Positions 40,040-49,957 of a DNA stretch of 64,000 nt are shown in pieces. The translations under genes and the position numbers were made by a program. Positions within the stretch are counted from its first letter, which is position 1. Every line of letters starts with the position of its first letter. The stretch comes from Ranitomeya imitator (lineage: Eukaryota), in NCBI RefSeq assembly GCF_032444005.1, contig NC_091282.1:735816001-735880000 (forward strand). Reading direction: 5' to 3'. The notes beneath the pieces were generated by a model, which was not told the origin of the DNA, ran no database searches, and worked only from the letters and a program-made list of their open reading frames with translations.

Positions 40040-42931
40040 TCATAAGTAGGGAGCAAAGCTCAGAGCCTCATTCAGACCCGCTGGTGACATAGTACCAAGT
40101 CTAACTATCCACCTAGTTTCCTTTTGTGCTAGAAGTTTTTTATTGTCCCCACCCCGAATACCCAAGTGCAAGGCATCAATACCCCTCACCTTTAATAGAT
40201 TTGCATTGCACTTATGGTGCCGCAAAAAATGTCGTGGAATGGGTTTCAGATCTGACGTGTCGGTCACTGTCTTGGCAGCACCAATGTCCCGGACATGCTC
40301 ACGGACACGGACTCTCAGCTCCCGTGTGGTAAGACCTATGTAAATCATGGGACACGGGCATGTCGCATAGTAGATTATATTGGTTGTGCCGCATGAAATC
40401 CGTTCCCTGATGTCAAATTCTCTCGTTCCATCAGTAGAAGTGAAACTAGAGCATCGTAGGACATTGGTGCAGGCAAGACAGTGACCGCAGGGGAAACACC
40501 CCAAAGTGGGGCCCCTCGAACCAAATGGGTTACTCGGACTGGGGACATAGTGGCTACGCACCAGCAGGTCATTCAAATTTTTGCATCTCCTAGAGGTCAT
40601 CTGAGGGTATGGGCCAAGGGAGGCCGCCAGAGAGGGCTCAGCCCCAAGAACTGACCAGTGCTTGGCAAGGATGGAGCGCATCCCATTCCACTCATGATTG
40701 TACGTAGAAATAAAGCGAATGGTGCCAGCCCCATCCCTGCCAATCTGCCGGTCACGTGGATGCAGTAGAGTCTCACGTGGGGTCTTTCTGGCACGATCAT
40801 AACCATGTTTTATGGATCGCCGGCTATACCCCCGAGCCAAAAATCGGTCCCTGAGATCAGAGGCCTGTGCCTCAAACTTTGACTCAGAGGAACAGATTCG
40901 CCGCATCCTCAGGAATTGTCCGATCGGGACGGCCCTAACCGTGGACGGATCATGTGCCGATGAGGCATGCAACAGTGCGTTAACAGAGGTCGACTTCCTG
41001 AAGACATCCGCCTGGATGCGACGATGGTTGTCGATCTCAAGACGGACGTCCAGAAAGTCGACCGCGACCTCACTGTAAACATGCGTAAGTTTAATATTAA
41101 GAGTGTTGTTATTCACAGCACCCATAAAGTCCTGGAGCTGCTGGACAGTCCCATCCCACAAAAAAAGAATATCATCAATGAAGCGATACCAGCACAGCAC
41201 ATGGGACGCGGCCGGTGGGCCCTCGTCGCCAAAAAGGAATCTCTCCCAATAACCAAGGAAGAGATTAGCATACGAAGGCGCACAGGCCGCGCCCATGGCT
41301 GTGCCGCGCTTCTGTAAATAAAAAACGTCTTTAAAGACGAAAAAATTATGTGTGAGAACAAAGTCCAGCAGCTCAAGTACCAATCCACGTACAGGGCCGC
41401 CCAGATCGGAAGTCCCGAGGAAGAAGCGAACCGCCTCCAACCCACAAGAGTGTTCTATACAAGTATACAACCCTTCAACGTCAGCAGTGACGAGAAGGGT
41501 TGCTTTGTCCACAAGGATGCCGTCAACCCGCGCTAGGACATCCGTGGTGTCACGAATATAAGAAGGTAATGTCTGGACTAGTGGCTTCAGATAGAAATCA
41601 ATAAATTGACACACACGGTCACATAAACCCCCAATCCCAGACACAATCGGACGTCCCGGGGGGTTGAGGGCATCCTTGTGGACTTTGGGCAACAAATAAA
41701 AAGTAGGAGTTCTGGGGGATCTGACCATCAAACCATCGAAGACCTTTTTGGGGATAATACCCCCCTCAAAAGCTCCAAATAGAACCTGCTCTAACTCCCG
41801 CAGGTATATCACCATCGGATTGGAGGACAACCTAATGTAGGTGTCAGAGTTCCGGAGCTGGCGAAATGCCTCACGCTCATATTTATCACTTGGCCAGACC
41901 ACAATGTTCCCCCCCTTGTCCGCAGGCTTGAATACAACATCCCGCAATGATTGAAGCTGCCCGATAGCCTGCCGTTGTTTAGCGGTTAAGTTATCATAAG
42001 TACGCCTAGTAGACAGTTTTTTGAAATCCTCACTAACCAATCTAGTGAATACTTCGATTGCCGGGCTTAAGGACAAGGGGGGGAACCTTGTGGACCTGGG
42101 CAGGATAGAAGACGGAAAACTACTTACATTAGGACACTCCTGTTCCTCCAATAAGTCCTCCAAATCACGAAGTGCTTGTGCTTCAACTGCACTCATGGAC
42201 TCTGATGTAGGATCCCTTCCATGCAGTTTTCTCAAAATCAATTTGCGGGAAAAGAGATGCAGGTCCTTTAGGGCTGTAAAATAGTCAAATGAATTTGTTG
42301 GAGAGAAAGTCAGACCCCTACTCAGAACATCCAACTGAGACTCAGTAAGTGCATGTGATGATAAGTTCAATACCTGGAGTCCACCCTGGCGACCACCCCG
42401 GGCCGTAGTTCCCCCAGCTCCCTTATTCCTGGTGTGTTGCCTGGTAGTCATCCTCTTATTGCCGGACTCAGACATTGAAACCTGTTCAGACTGAGAAGTG
42501 CTGGACCTGGCATCTTCCTCATGGTTGGATCTGCCAGAAAATGCTGAAGTGGATCTCGACCGGGAATAAGACATGTTCCTCGACCTTGGTCGAGAACGAC
42601 CCCATGGGTTCCGCCATCTATATACTCTAGACTGCTGTTTGTCCAGAATATCACGGTTAAATTTTTTTGTTTTAGTTGTTTGAATGTCATGGGCCCACTT
42701 CTGCAAGTCGGCATCAATTTCTTCATTTAGTTTTTTTAGGGCATCACTTGACATATCCTTCTGCAGGCACACCTGTAACTCATCAATCTCCTTCTCAATT
42801 ACTTCCAGAGATTCATGGTTCAACCGTTTAAGCAGAACCATGAACCCAAATGGGTCCCCAATTGTCCTGTATTGGTAGCAGCTATGAGTAGTGGATGTGG
42901 AGGGAGTAGCTTTTATACTTATATTGTGCAC
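40040..42931 (-). CDS. Uninterrupted 963-aa PLE polyprotein (RT + Cys linker + GIY-YIG endonuclease) with a chimeric N-terminus
   Basis: KPADKGG, GTAMGAACAPSYANLF, YRFIDD, CFPCGHCLAC and IIYYATCPCPMIYIGLT motifs. The first ~28 aa are read from antisense pLTR sequence across the 42848-49 junction. Confidence 0.9.
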   Translation of the reverse strand: MHNISIKATPSTSTTHSCYQYRTIGDPFGFMVLLKRLNHESLEVIEKEIDELQVCLQKDMSSDALKKLNEEIDADLQKWAHDIQTTKTKKFNRDILDKQQSRVYRWRNPWGRSRPRSRNMSYSRSRSTSAFSGRSNHEEDARSSTSQSEQVSMSESGNKRMTTRQHTRNKGAGGTTARGGRQGGLQVLNLSSHALTESQLDVLSRGLTFSPTNSFDYFTALKDLHLFSRKLILRKLHGRDPTSESMSAVEAQALRDLEDLLEEQECPNVSSFPSSILPRSTRFPPLSLSPAIEVFTRLVSEDFKKLSTRRTYDNLTAKQRQAIGQLQSLRDVVFKPADKGGNIVVWPSDKYEREAFRQLRNSDTYIRLSSNPMVIYLRELEQVLFGAFEGGIIPKKVFDGLMVRSPRTPTFYLLPKVHKDALNPPGRPIVSGIGGLCDRVCQFIDFYLKPLVQTLPSYIRDTTDVLARVDGILVDKATLLVTADVEGLYTCIEHSCGLEAVRFFLGTSDLGGPVRGLVLELLDFVLTHNFFVFKDVFYLQKRGTAMGAACAPSYANLFLGYWERFLFGDEGPPAASHVLCWYRFIDDILFLWDGTVQQLQDFMGAVNNNTLNIKLTHVYSEVAVDFLDVRLEIDNHRRIQADVFRKSTSVNALLHASSAHDPSTVRAVPIGQFLRMRRICSSESKFEAQASDLRDRFLARGYSRRSIKHGYDRARKTPRETLLHPRDRQIGRDGAGTIRFISTYNHEWNGMRSILAKHWSVLGAEPSLAASLGPYPQMTSRRCKNLNDLLVRSHYVPSPSNPFGSRGPTLGCFPCGHCLACTNVLRCSSFTSTDGTREFDIRERISCGTTNIIYYATCPCPMIYIGLTTRELRVRVREHVRDIGAAKTVTDTSDLKPIPRHFLRHHKCNANLLKVRGIDALHLGIRGGDNKKLLAQKETRWIVRLGTMSPAGLNEALSFAPYL

Positions 42932-43212
42932 TTTTAGTATTTTCCCTCACCAGTGGCCGTGCGCATTGCGCTGTGATTCGTCCTGTCCCTGTGTGGACCG
43001 GCGTCTTAGGGCTCGGTGTGTGCGCTCCGGACTTTTTTTTTTTTTTTTTTCTTTGTCCTGGGCGTGCGCACCTGGTCTGACGCTGATTTCCACTGCTGGG
43101 ACTTGCCGGACACAATGCACATGTGCCGATGGCGCCACTGTGATTGGCTGCTGTGTACCATGTGACCGGGGCCAAGGGCTATTTTAAGGTCCTATTAGGC
43201 AGTACATGGTTA

Positions 43213-43259
43213 TCCCCCTGAGGAAGTGGCACTGGTGGCCACGAAACGTGCGTTGGGGA
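43213..43259 (+). ncRNA. Type-I hammerhead ribozyme (pLTR copy 2)
   Basis: TCCCC-CTGAGGA-A-GTGGC(actggtg)GCCAC-GAAA-CGTGCG-TT-GGGGA: stem I TCCCC/GGGGA, stem II GTGGC/GCCAC, minimal stem III, GUU triplet ending at 43254. Confidence 0.8.
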
Positions 43260-43295
43260 CCATCGCCTGACCGCCCCCCCTACCTCTGTGTAGTG

Positions 43296-43724
43296 GTAAG
43301 TGCTAGCACCCTTTTTCCACCACCATACTTAATGGCATTACTATAGAGTCCCACTGCTTTGGGGTGACTTTGGTTGGATAGTGTAGGTGCTTTTTCTTAT
43401 GCATACCATTACAAGGGTATTTACATCTGGGGGAGCGGGGGGATGGGCGCTTTTCCAGCATTCCTGGGACATTCATCCTGTGCTCTAGTCATTAGATAGT
43501 GTAATATTTTGATATATGTTTTTGTATTATTTATGACAATTAAAGTTTGTTTTATAAATCATTGCTCTGAATTGCTCTCCTTTTGGCATGGTTTGTTTTG
43601 AGCTGATTTGGTGAGGTCGGGGTCTTTTGGCGTATTTACTGCCAGACCCCGTGCGCTCACAATATGTATTTGGGAGTTTTGTATTCAATATTCTCTGTGT
43701 TTTTCACAGCTTTCCCATTCTTAG
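43296..43724 (+). other. Predicted spliceosomal intron in the PLE 5' leader
   Basis: G|GTAAGT donor at 43296. Pyrimidine tract and TTAG acceptor at 43724 (alternative CAG at 43709), immediately followed by GC-ATG-G (MDFRAL). Confidence 0.6.
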
Positions 43725-43726
43725 GC

Positions 43727-46700
43727 ATGGACTTCCGTGCGCTTGACTGCACCTGGCGAGCACAGATTAATGATGTCTGTCTTGACAATGCTGACGGGGT
43801 GGTTGAGGGGTCCTCCAAAGAGTTGCAGGAGGTGGTACATCGTTTTAAGGAACTTTTACGTAAGAGGACTCGGACATGGTGGAACCATGAGTTCCTGGAT
43901 ATGTATATCCAGAAGGACCTTATCCCACGTGGGCTTCGTATCCAAGTGTTTCCGTCATTCCCTATCTTGGATGACAAGTTTAAAAATGATTGGGAGGAAT
44001 TGACTAATACCTGCTCCAGGGGGTTCATGGTTCTGCTTAAACGGTTGAACCATGAATCTCTGGAAGTAATTGAGAAGGAGATTGATGAGTTACAGGTGTG
44101 CCTGCAGAAGGATATGTCAAGTGATGCCCTAAAAAAACTAAATGAAGAAATTGATGCCGACTTGCAGAAGTGGGCCCATGACATTCAAACAACTAAAACA
44201 AAAAAATTTAACCGTGATATTCTGGACAAACAGCAGTCTAGAGTATATAGATGGCGGAACCCATGGGGTCGTTCTCGACCAAGGTCGAGGAACATGTCTT
44301 ATTCCCGGTCGAGATCCACTTCAGCATTTTCTGGCAGATCCAACCATGAGGAAGATGCCAGGTCCAGCACTTCTCAGTCTGAACAGGTTTCAATGTCTGA
44401 GTCCGGCAATAAGAGGATGACTACCAGGCAACACACCAGGAATAAGGGAGCTGGGGGAACTACGGCCCGGGGTGGTCGCCAGGGTGGACTCCAGGTATTG
44501 AACTTATCATCACATGCACTTACTGAGTCTCAGTTGGATGTTCTGAGTAGGGGTCTGACTTTCTCTCCAACAAATTCATTTGACTATTTTACAGCCCTAA
44601 AGGACCTGCATCTCTTTTCCCGCAAATTGATTTTGAGAAAACTGCATGGAAGGGATCCTACATCAGAGTCCATGAGTGCAGTTGAAGCACAAGCACTTCG
44701 TGATTTGGAGGACTTATTGGAGGAACAGGAGTGTCCTAATGTAAGTAGTTTTCCGTCTTCTATCCTGCCCAGGTCCACAAGGTTCCCCCCTTGTCCTTAA
44801 GCCCGGCAATCGAAGTATTCACTAGATTGGTTAGTGAGGATTTCAAAAAACTGTCTACTAGGCGTACTTATGATAACTTAACCGCTAAACAACGGCAGGC
44901 TATCGGGCAGCTTCAATCATTGCGGGATGTTGTATTCAAGCCTGCGGACAAGGGGGGGAACATTGTGGTCTGGCCAAGTGATAAATATGAGCGTGAGGCA
45001 TTTCGCCAGCTCCGGAACTCTGACACCTACATTAGGTTGTCCTCCAATCCGATGGTGATATACCTGCGGGAGTTAGAGCAGGTTCTATTTGGAGCTTTTG
45101 AGGGGGGTATTATCCCCAAAAAGGTCTTCGATGGTTTGATGGTCAGATCCCCCAGAACTCCTACTTTTTATTTGTTGCCCAAAGTCCACAAGGATGCCCT
45201 CAACCCCCCGGGACGTCCGATTGTGTCTGGGATTGGGGGTTTATGTGACCGTGTGTGTCAATTTATTGATTTCTATCTGAAGCCCCTAGTCCAGACATTA
45301 CCTTCTTATATTCGTGACACCACGGATGTCCTAGCGCGGGTTGACGGCATCCTTGTGGACAAAGCAACCCTTCTCGTCACTGCTGACGTTGAAGGGTTGT
45401 ATACTTGTATAGAACACTCTTGTGGGTTGGAGGCGGTTCGCTTCTTCCTCGGGACTTCCGATCTGGGCGGCCCTGTACGTGGATTGGTACTTGAGCTGCT
45501 GGACTTTGTTCTCACACATAATTTTTTCGTCTTTAAAGACGTTTTTTATTTACAGAAGCGCGGCACAGCCATGGGCGCGGCCTGTGCGCCTTCGTATGCT
45601 AATCTCTTCCTTGGTTATTGGGAGAGATTCCTTTTTGGCGACGAGGGCCCACCGGCCGCGTCCCATGTGCTGTGCTGGTATCGCTTCATTGATGATATTC
45701 TTTTTTTGTGGGATGGGACTGTCCAGCAGCTCCAGGACTTTATGGGTGCTGTGAATAACAACACTCTTAATATTAAACTTACGCATGTTTACAGTGAGGT
45801 CGCGGTCGACTTTCTGGACGTCCGTCTTGAGATCGACAACCATCGTCGCATCCAGGCGGATGTCTTCAGGAAGTCGACCTCTGTTAACGCACTGTTGCAT
45901 GCCTCATCGGCACATGATCCGTCCACGGTTAGGGCCGTCCCGATCGGACAATTCCTGAGGATGCGGCGAATCTGTTCCTCTGAGTCAAAGTTTGAGGCAC
46001 AGGCCTCTGATCTCAGGGACCGATTTTTGGCTCGGGGGTATAGCCGGCGATCCATAAAACATGGTTATGATCGTGCCAGAAAGACCCCACGTGAGACTCT
46101 ACTGCATCCACGTGACCGGCAGATTGGCAGGGATGGGGCTGGCACCATTCGCTTTATTTCTACGTACAATCATGAGTGGAATGGGATGCGCTCCATCCTT
46201 GCCAAGCACTGGTCAGTTCTTGGGGCTGAGCCCTCTCTGGCGGCCTCCCTTGGCCCATACCCTCAGATGACCTCTAGGAGATGCAAAAATTTGAATGACC
46301 TGCTGGTGCGTAGCCACTATGTCCCCAGTCCGAGTAACCCATTTGGTTCGAGGGGCCCCACTTTGGGGTGTTTCCCCTGCGGTCACTGTCTTGCCTGCAC
46401 CAATGTCCTACGATGCTCTAGTTTCACTTCTACTGATGGAACGAGAGAATTTGACATCAGGGAACGGATTTCATGCGGCACAACCAATATAATCTACTAT
46501 GCGACATGCCCGTGTCCCATGATTTACATAGGTCTTACCACACGGGAGCTGAGAGTCCGTGTCCGTGAGCATGTCCGGGACATTGGTGCTGCCAAGACAG
46601 TGTCCGACACGTCAGATCTGAAACCCATTCCACGACATTTTTTGCGGCACCATAAGTGCAATGCAAATCTATTAAAGGTGAGGGGTATTGATGCCTTGCA

Positions 46701-46827
46701 CTTGGGTATTCGGGGTGGGGACAATAAAAAACTTCTAGCACAAAAGGAAACTAGGTGGATAGTTAGACTTGGTACTATGTCACCAGCGGGTCTGAATGAG
46801 GCTCTGAGCTTTGCTCCCTACTTATGA
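43727..46827 (+). CDS. Full-length PLE ORF (~1030 aa) broken by one 1-bp homopolymer frameshift at 44785-44790
   Basis: ORFs 43664-44800 and 44791-46827 join if C6 is read as C7, as in the inverted copy (G7 at 42077-42083). N-terminal IPRGLR motif, RT and GIY-YIG. Confidence 0.9.
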
Positions 46828-47777
46828 GTACTTAACGGCCACACTAAGCAGAATGTGCCTGCCCTCGTCAGAATGCTAAGCAGCTTTAGGCTAGGCAGGG
46901 ACCAGCATGGGAGACTGGCTGGGAATCCCTGGTACCCTTTGTACTCCTTATTATTTATTCCTTATTTGTGTGTGTGCCAAGGTGTCATCCTCTGCCTCCT
47001 TTTGTATTTAAATATATGACCCTTCCAGCCCTGGGCGTCCTTAACCCCTGTATGGTTCGGGATTTTTTGGTTTTAGCATTTGTTTTTATGTTTGTGTTTG
47101 TGATTTTAACCTCTGGTTTATTTACATTATTAGTGATAATAATTGATCCGTGGCCTTAAGGTATGCCTTTTGAATATGTCCTTGGCTCCATTTAAGTAAC
47201 CAGCGTGGATACCATCCAAACCGGGGCAAAGTGGACTCATCAAGACATCTGCTTCAGAGAGAATGGGACAAATATTCTTACTATGAAGACTGTTAAACTG
47301 AAGCGATGCACTTTTTCCACTATAATGTGATGCCGATGTATAGAAAACGGTTTAGTTCCACTTTGTATACTTGTTCATTTACCGGTTTTTATTGTGAGCT
47401 GTATTTTTGATGGGTCCCCAATTGTCCTGTATTGGTAGCAGCTATGAGTAGTGGATGTGGAGGGAGTAGCTTTTATACTTATATTGTGCACTTTTAGTAT
47501 TTTCCCTCACCAGTGGCCGTGCGCATTGCGCTGTGATTCGTCCTGTCCCTGTGTGGACCGGCGTCTTAGGGCTCGGTGTGTGCGCTCCGGACCTTTTTTT
47601 TTTTTTTTTTTTTTTCTTTGTCCTGGGCGTGCGCACCTGGTCTGACGCTGATTTCCACTGCTGGGACTTGCCGGACACAATGCACATGTGCCGATGGCGC
47701 CACTGTGATTGGCTGCTGTGTACCATGTGACCGGGGCCAAGGGCTATTTTAAGGTCCTGTTAGGCAGTACATGGTTA

Positions 47778-47824
47778 TCCCCCTGAGGAAGTGGCACTGG
47801 TGGCCACGAAACGTGCGTTGGGGA
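47778..47824 (+). ncRNA. Type-I hammerhead ribozyme (pLTR copy 3)
   Basis: Identical to 43213-43259. Confidence 0.8.
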
Positions 47825-48430
47825 CCATCGCCTGACCGCCCCCGCTACCTCTGTGTAGTGGTAAGTGCTAGCACCCTTTTTCCACCACCATACTTAATGG
47901 CATTACTATAGAGTCCCACTGCTTTGGGGTGACTTTGGTTGGATAGTGTAGGTGCTTTTTCTTATGCATACCATTACAAGGGTATTTACATCTGGGGGAG
48001 CGGGGGGATGGGCGCTTTTCCAGCATTCCTGGGACATTCATCCTGTGCTCTAGTCATTAGATAGTGTAATATTTTGATATATATTTTTTTGTATTATTTA
48101 TGACAATTAAAGTTTGTTTTATAAATCATTGCTCTGAATTGCTCTCCTTTTGGCATGGTTTGTTTTGAGCTGATTTGGTGAGGTCGGGGTCTTTTGGCGT
48201 ATTTACTGCCAGACCCCGTGCGCTCACAATATGTATTTGGGAGTTTTGTATTAAATTTCTAATTGGAGGTATTTGCTAAAATTATTATTACACCTACTAC
48301 ATATTGGGATAGGATCTTGCCATTGGGAATACATTTTTTAATGCTGGATGCAGTTTTGTAAGATGGAATCCTGTGTAATATGGAGCAGCAGGAGGAGGCT
48401 AGAAACAGCCAAATGTTTTCTTAAATAGTA

Positions 48431-48907
48431 AATTATGCAAATTGTCTCTTCAGAGAGGAAGAGAGCTAGAACTCTAGTGCCACCTATTGGAAGGTAGCAA
48501 TCCTACAAGTCAATGTCGACCCTTTAACGAGCCTTGTCACATGACTTAGGATAATAACCAAACCAGAATCTCAAATAATCCCACCTTCCAATAGGTGGCA
48601 CTAGAGTTCTAGCTCTCTTCCTCTCTGAAGAGACAATTTGCATAATTAGTATATTACCCAGAGGAGCATTGCGGCTTTAAGTCTCCTCATCTCGGCATGC
48701 TTAGCATGTCGATCTCCGCAAGGAGAAACGATACTTCTTGGATAACGATCTGAAGCCTCTCACACAGCCAAACCAGATCTCCACTTTGCACTGACGAGGG
48801 GCAGTACCCCGAAACACAGTGGCTGCAAATTGAGATTCTGGTTTGGCTATTATCCTAAGTCATGTGACAAGGCTCATTAAAGGGTCGACATTGACTTGTA
48901 GGATTGC
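48431..48907. mobile_element. Retrozyme-like non-autonomous PLE derivative (~325-nt unit 48583-48907 plus inverted piece 48431-48574)
   Basis: A-B-A'-M-B' inverted-repeat layout with a hammerhead motif in M. Confidence 0.7.
48785..48829 (+). ncRNA. Type-I hammerhead motif with a mutated cleavage triplet
   Basis: TTTGCA-CTGACGA-GGGG(cagta)CCCC-GAAA-CACAGTG-GC-TGCAAA. The triplet reads GGC rather than GUC. Confidence 0.7.
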
Positions 48908-49321
48908 GAAACGCGCGTCGGGTGTGGTGGGTCCTTCGTTTGCTCCTCCATAGGTAACTATGCCTTATTCACATTATCTGCGATGTATATGTTAGCTGCT
49001 TAAACATCTATTGTTCGCCCTCACTATGACCAAATAGTGTTGTTTTACTAAATTAACTATTTATATTGGTATAATTATAATTATCATATTGCACATTTGC
49101 ACTATTCTCACTATTTGCATATGTGGGGCGATTTTTCTATGCAGCTGGTTATTGAGTATACAGTGGGGCAAAAAAGTATTTAGTCAGTCAGCAATAGTGC
49201 AAGTTCCACCACTTAAAAAGATGAGAGGCGTCTGTAATTTACATCATAGGTAGACCTCAACTATGGAAGACAAACTGAGAAAAAAAAATCCAGAAAATCA
49301 CATTGTCTTTTTTTTAACATT

Positions 49322-49852
49322 TTATTTGCATATTATGGTGGAAAATAAGTATTTGGTCAGAAACAAAATTTCATCTGAATACTTTGTAATATATCCTTTG
49401 TTGGCAATGACAGAGGACAAATGTTTTCTGTAAGTCTTCACAAGGTTGCCACACACTGTTGTTGGTATGTTGGCCCATTCCTCCATGCAGATCTCCTCTA
49501 GAGCAGTGATGTTTTTGGCTTTTCGCTTGGCAACACGGACTTTCAACTCCCTCCAAAGGTTTTCTATAGGGTTGAGATCTGGAGACTGGCTAGGCCACTC
49601 CAGGACCTTGAAATGCTTCTTACGAAGCCACTCCTTCGTTGCCCTGGCGGTGTGCTTTGGATCATTGTCATGTTGAAAGACCCAGCCACGTTTCATCTTC
49701 AATGCCCTTGCTGATGGAAGGAGGTTTGCACTCAAAATCTCACGATACATGGCCCCATTCATTCTTTCATGTACCCGGATCAGTCGTCCTGGCCCCTTTG
49801 CAGAGAAACAGCCCCAAAGCATGATGTTTCCACCACCATGCTTTACAGTAGG
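49322..49852 (-). CDS. Tc1 transposase, C-terminal half (DD34E domain)
   Basis: [15 protein letters not shown]...HDNDPKH...[11 protein letters not shown], with 34 residues between D and E. Confidence 0.9.
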   Translation of the reverse strand, partial: PTVKHGGGNIMLWGCFSAKGPGRLIRVHERMNGAMYREILSANLLPSARALKMKRGWVFQHDNDPKHTARATKEWLRKKHFKVLEWPSQSPDLNPIENLWRELKVRVAKRKAKNITALEEICMEEWANIPTTVCGNLVKTYRKHLSSVIANKGYITKYSDEILFLTKYLFSTIICK

Positions 49853-49957
49853 TAACATAGTAACATAGTTAGTAAGGCCGAAAAAAGACATTTGTCCATC
49901 CAGTTCAGCCTATATTCCATCATAATAAATACCCAGATCTACGTCCTTCTACAGAAC

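Larger units (their letters stand above)
38721..48251. mobile_element. Composite Penelope-like retroelement insertion (Neptune-like): inverted 5'-truncated copy 38721-42847 plus forward copy 42850-48251 with ~840-bp pseudo-LTRs
   Basis: TSD TAAATTTCTAATTG at 38707-38720 and 48252-48265. Direct repeats 42850-43685 / 47410-48251. RT and GIY-YIG ORFs on both strands. Confidence 0.95.
38457..48332. mobile_element. Foldback MITE split by the PLE insertion (arms 38457-38720 and 48252-48332)
   Basis: gtattcccatcaccaagatcctaccccaatatgtagtag (left) is the imperfect inverted repeat of ctactacatattgggataggatcttgccattgggaatac (right). Confidence 0.75.

Noticed and set aside
40126-46741. Many short mirror-image ORFs on both strands
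   Set aside because: They are off-frame or antisense shadows of the PLE ORF, duplicated by the inversion.
38721-48251. Possibility that the inverted PLE dimer is a foldback read chimera
   Set aside because: The flanking 14-bp TSD, the rejoinable MITE arms, an asymmetric 1.17-kb spacer and small differences between the copies argue for a real insertion. Read-level confirmation is still needed.
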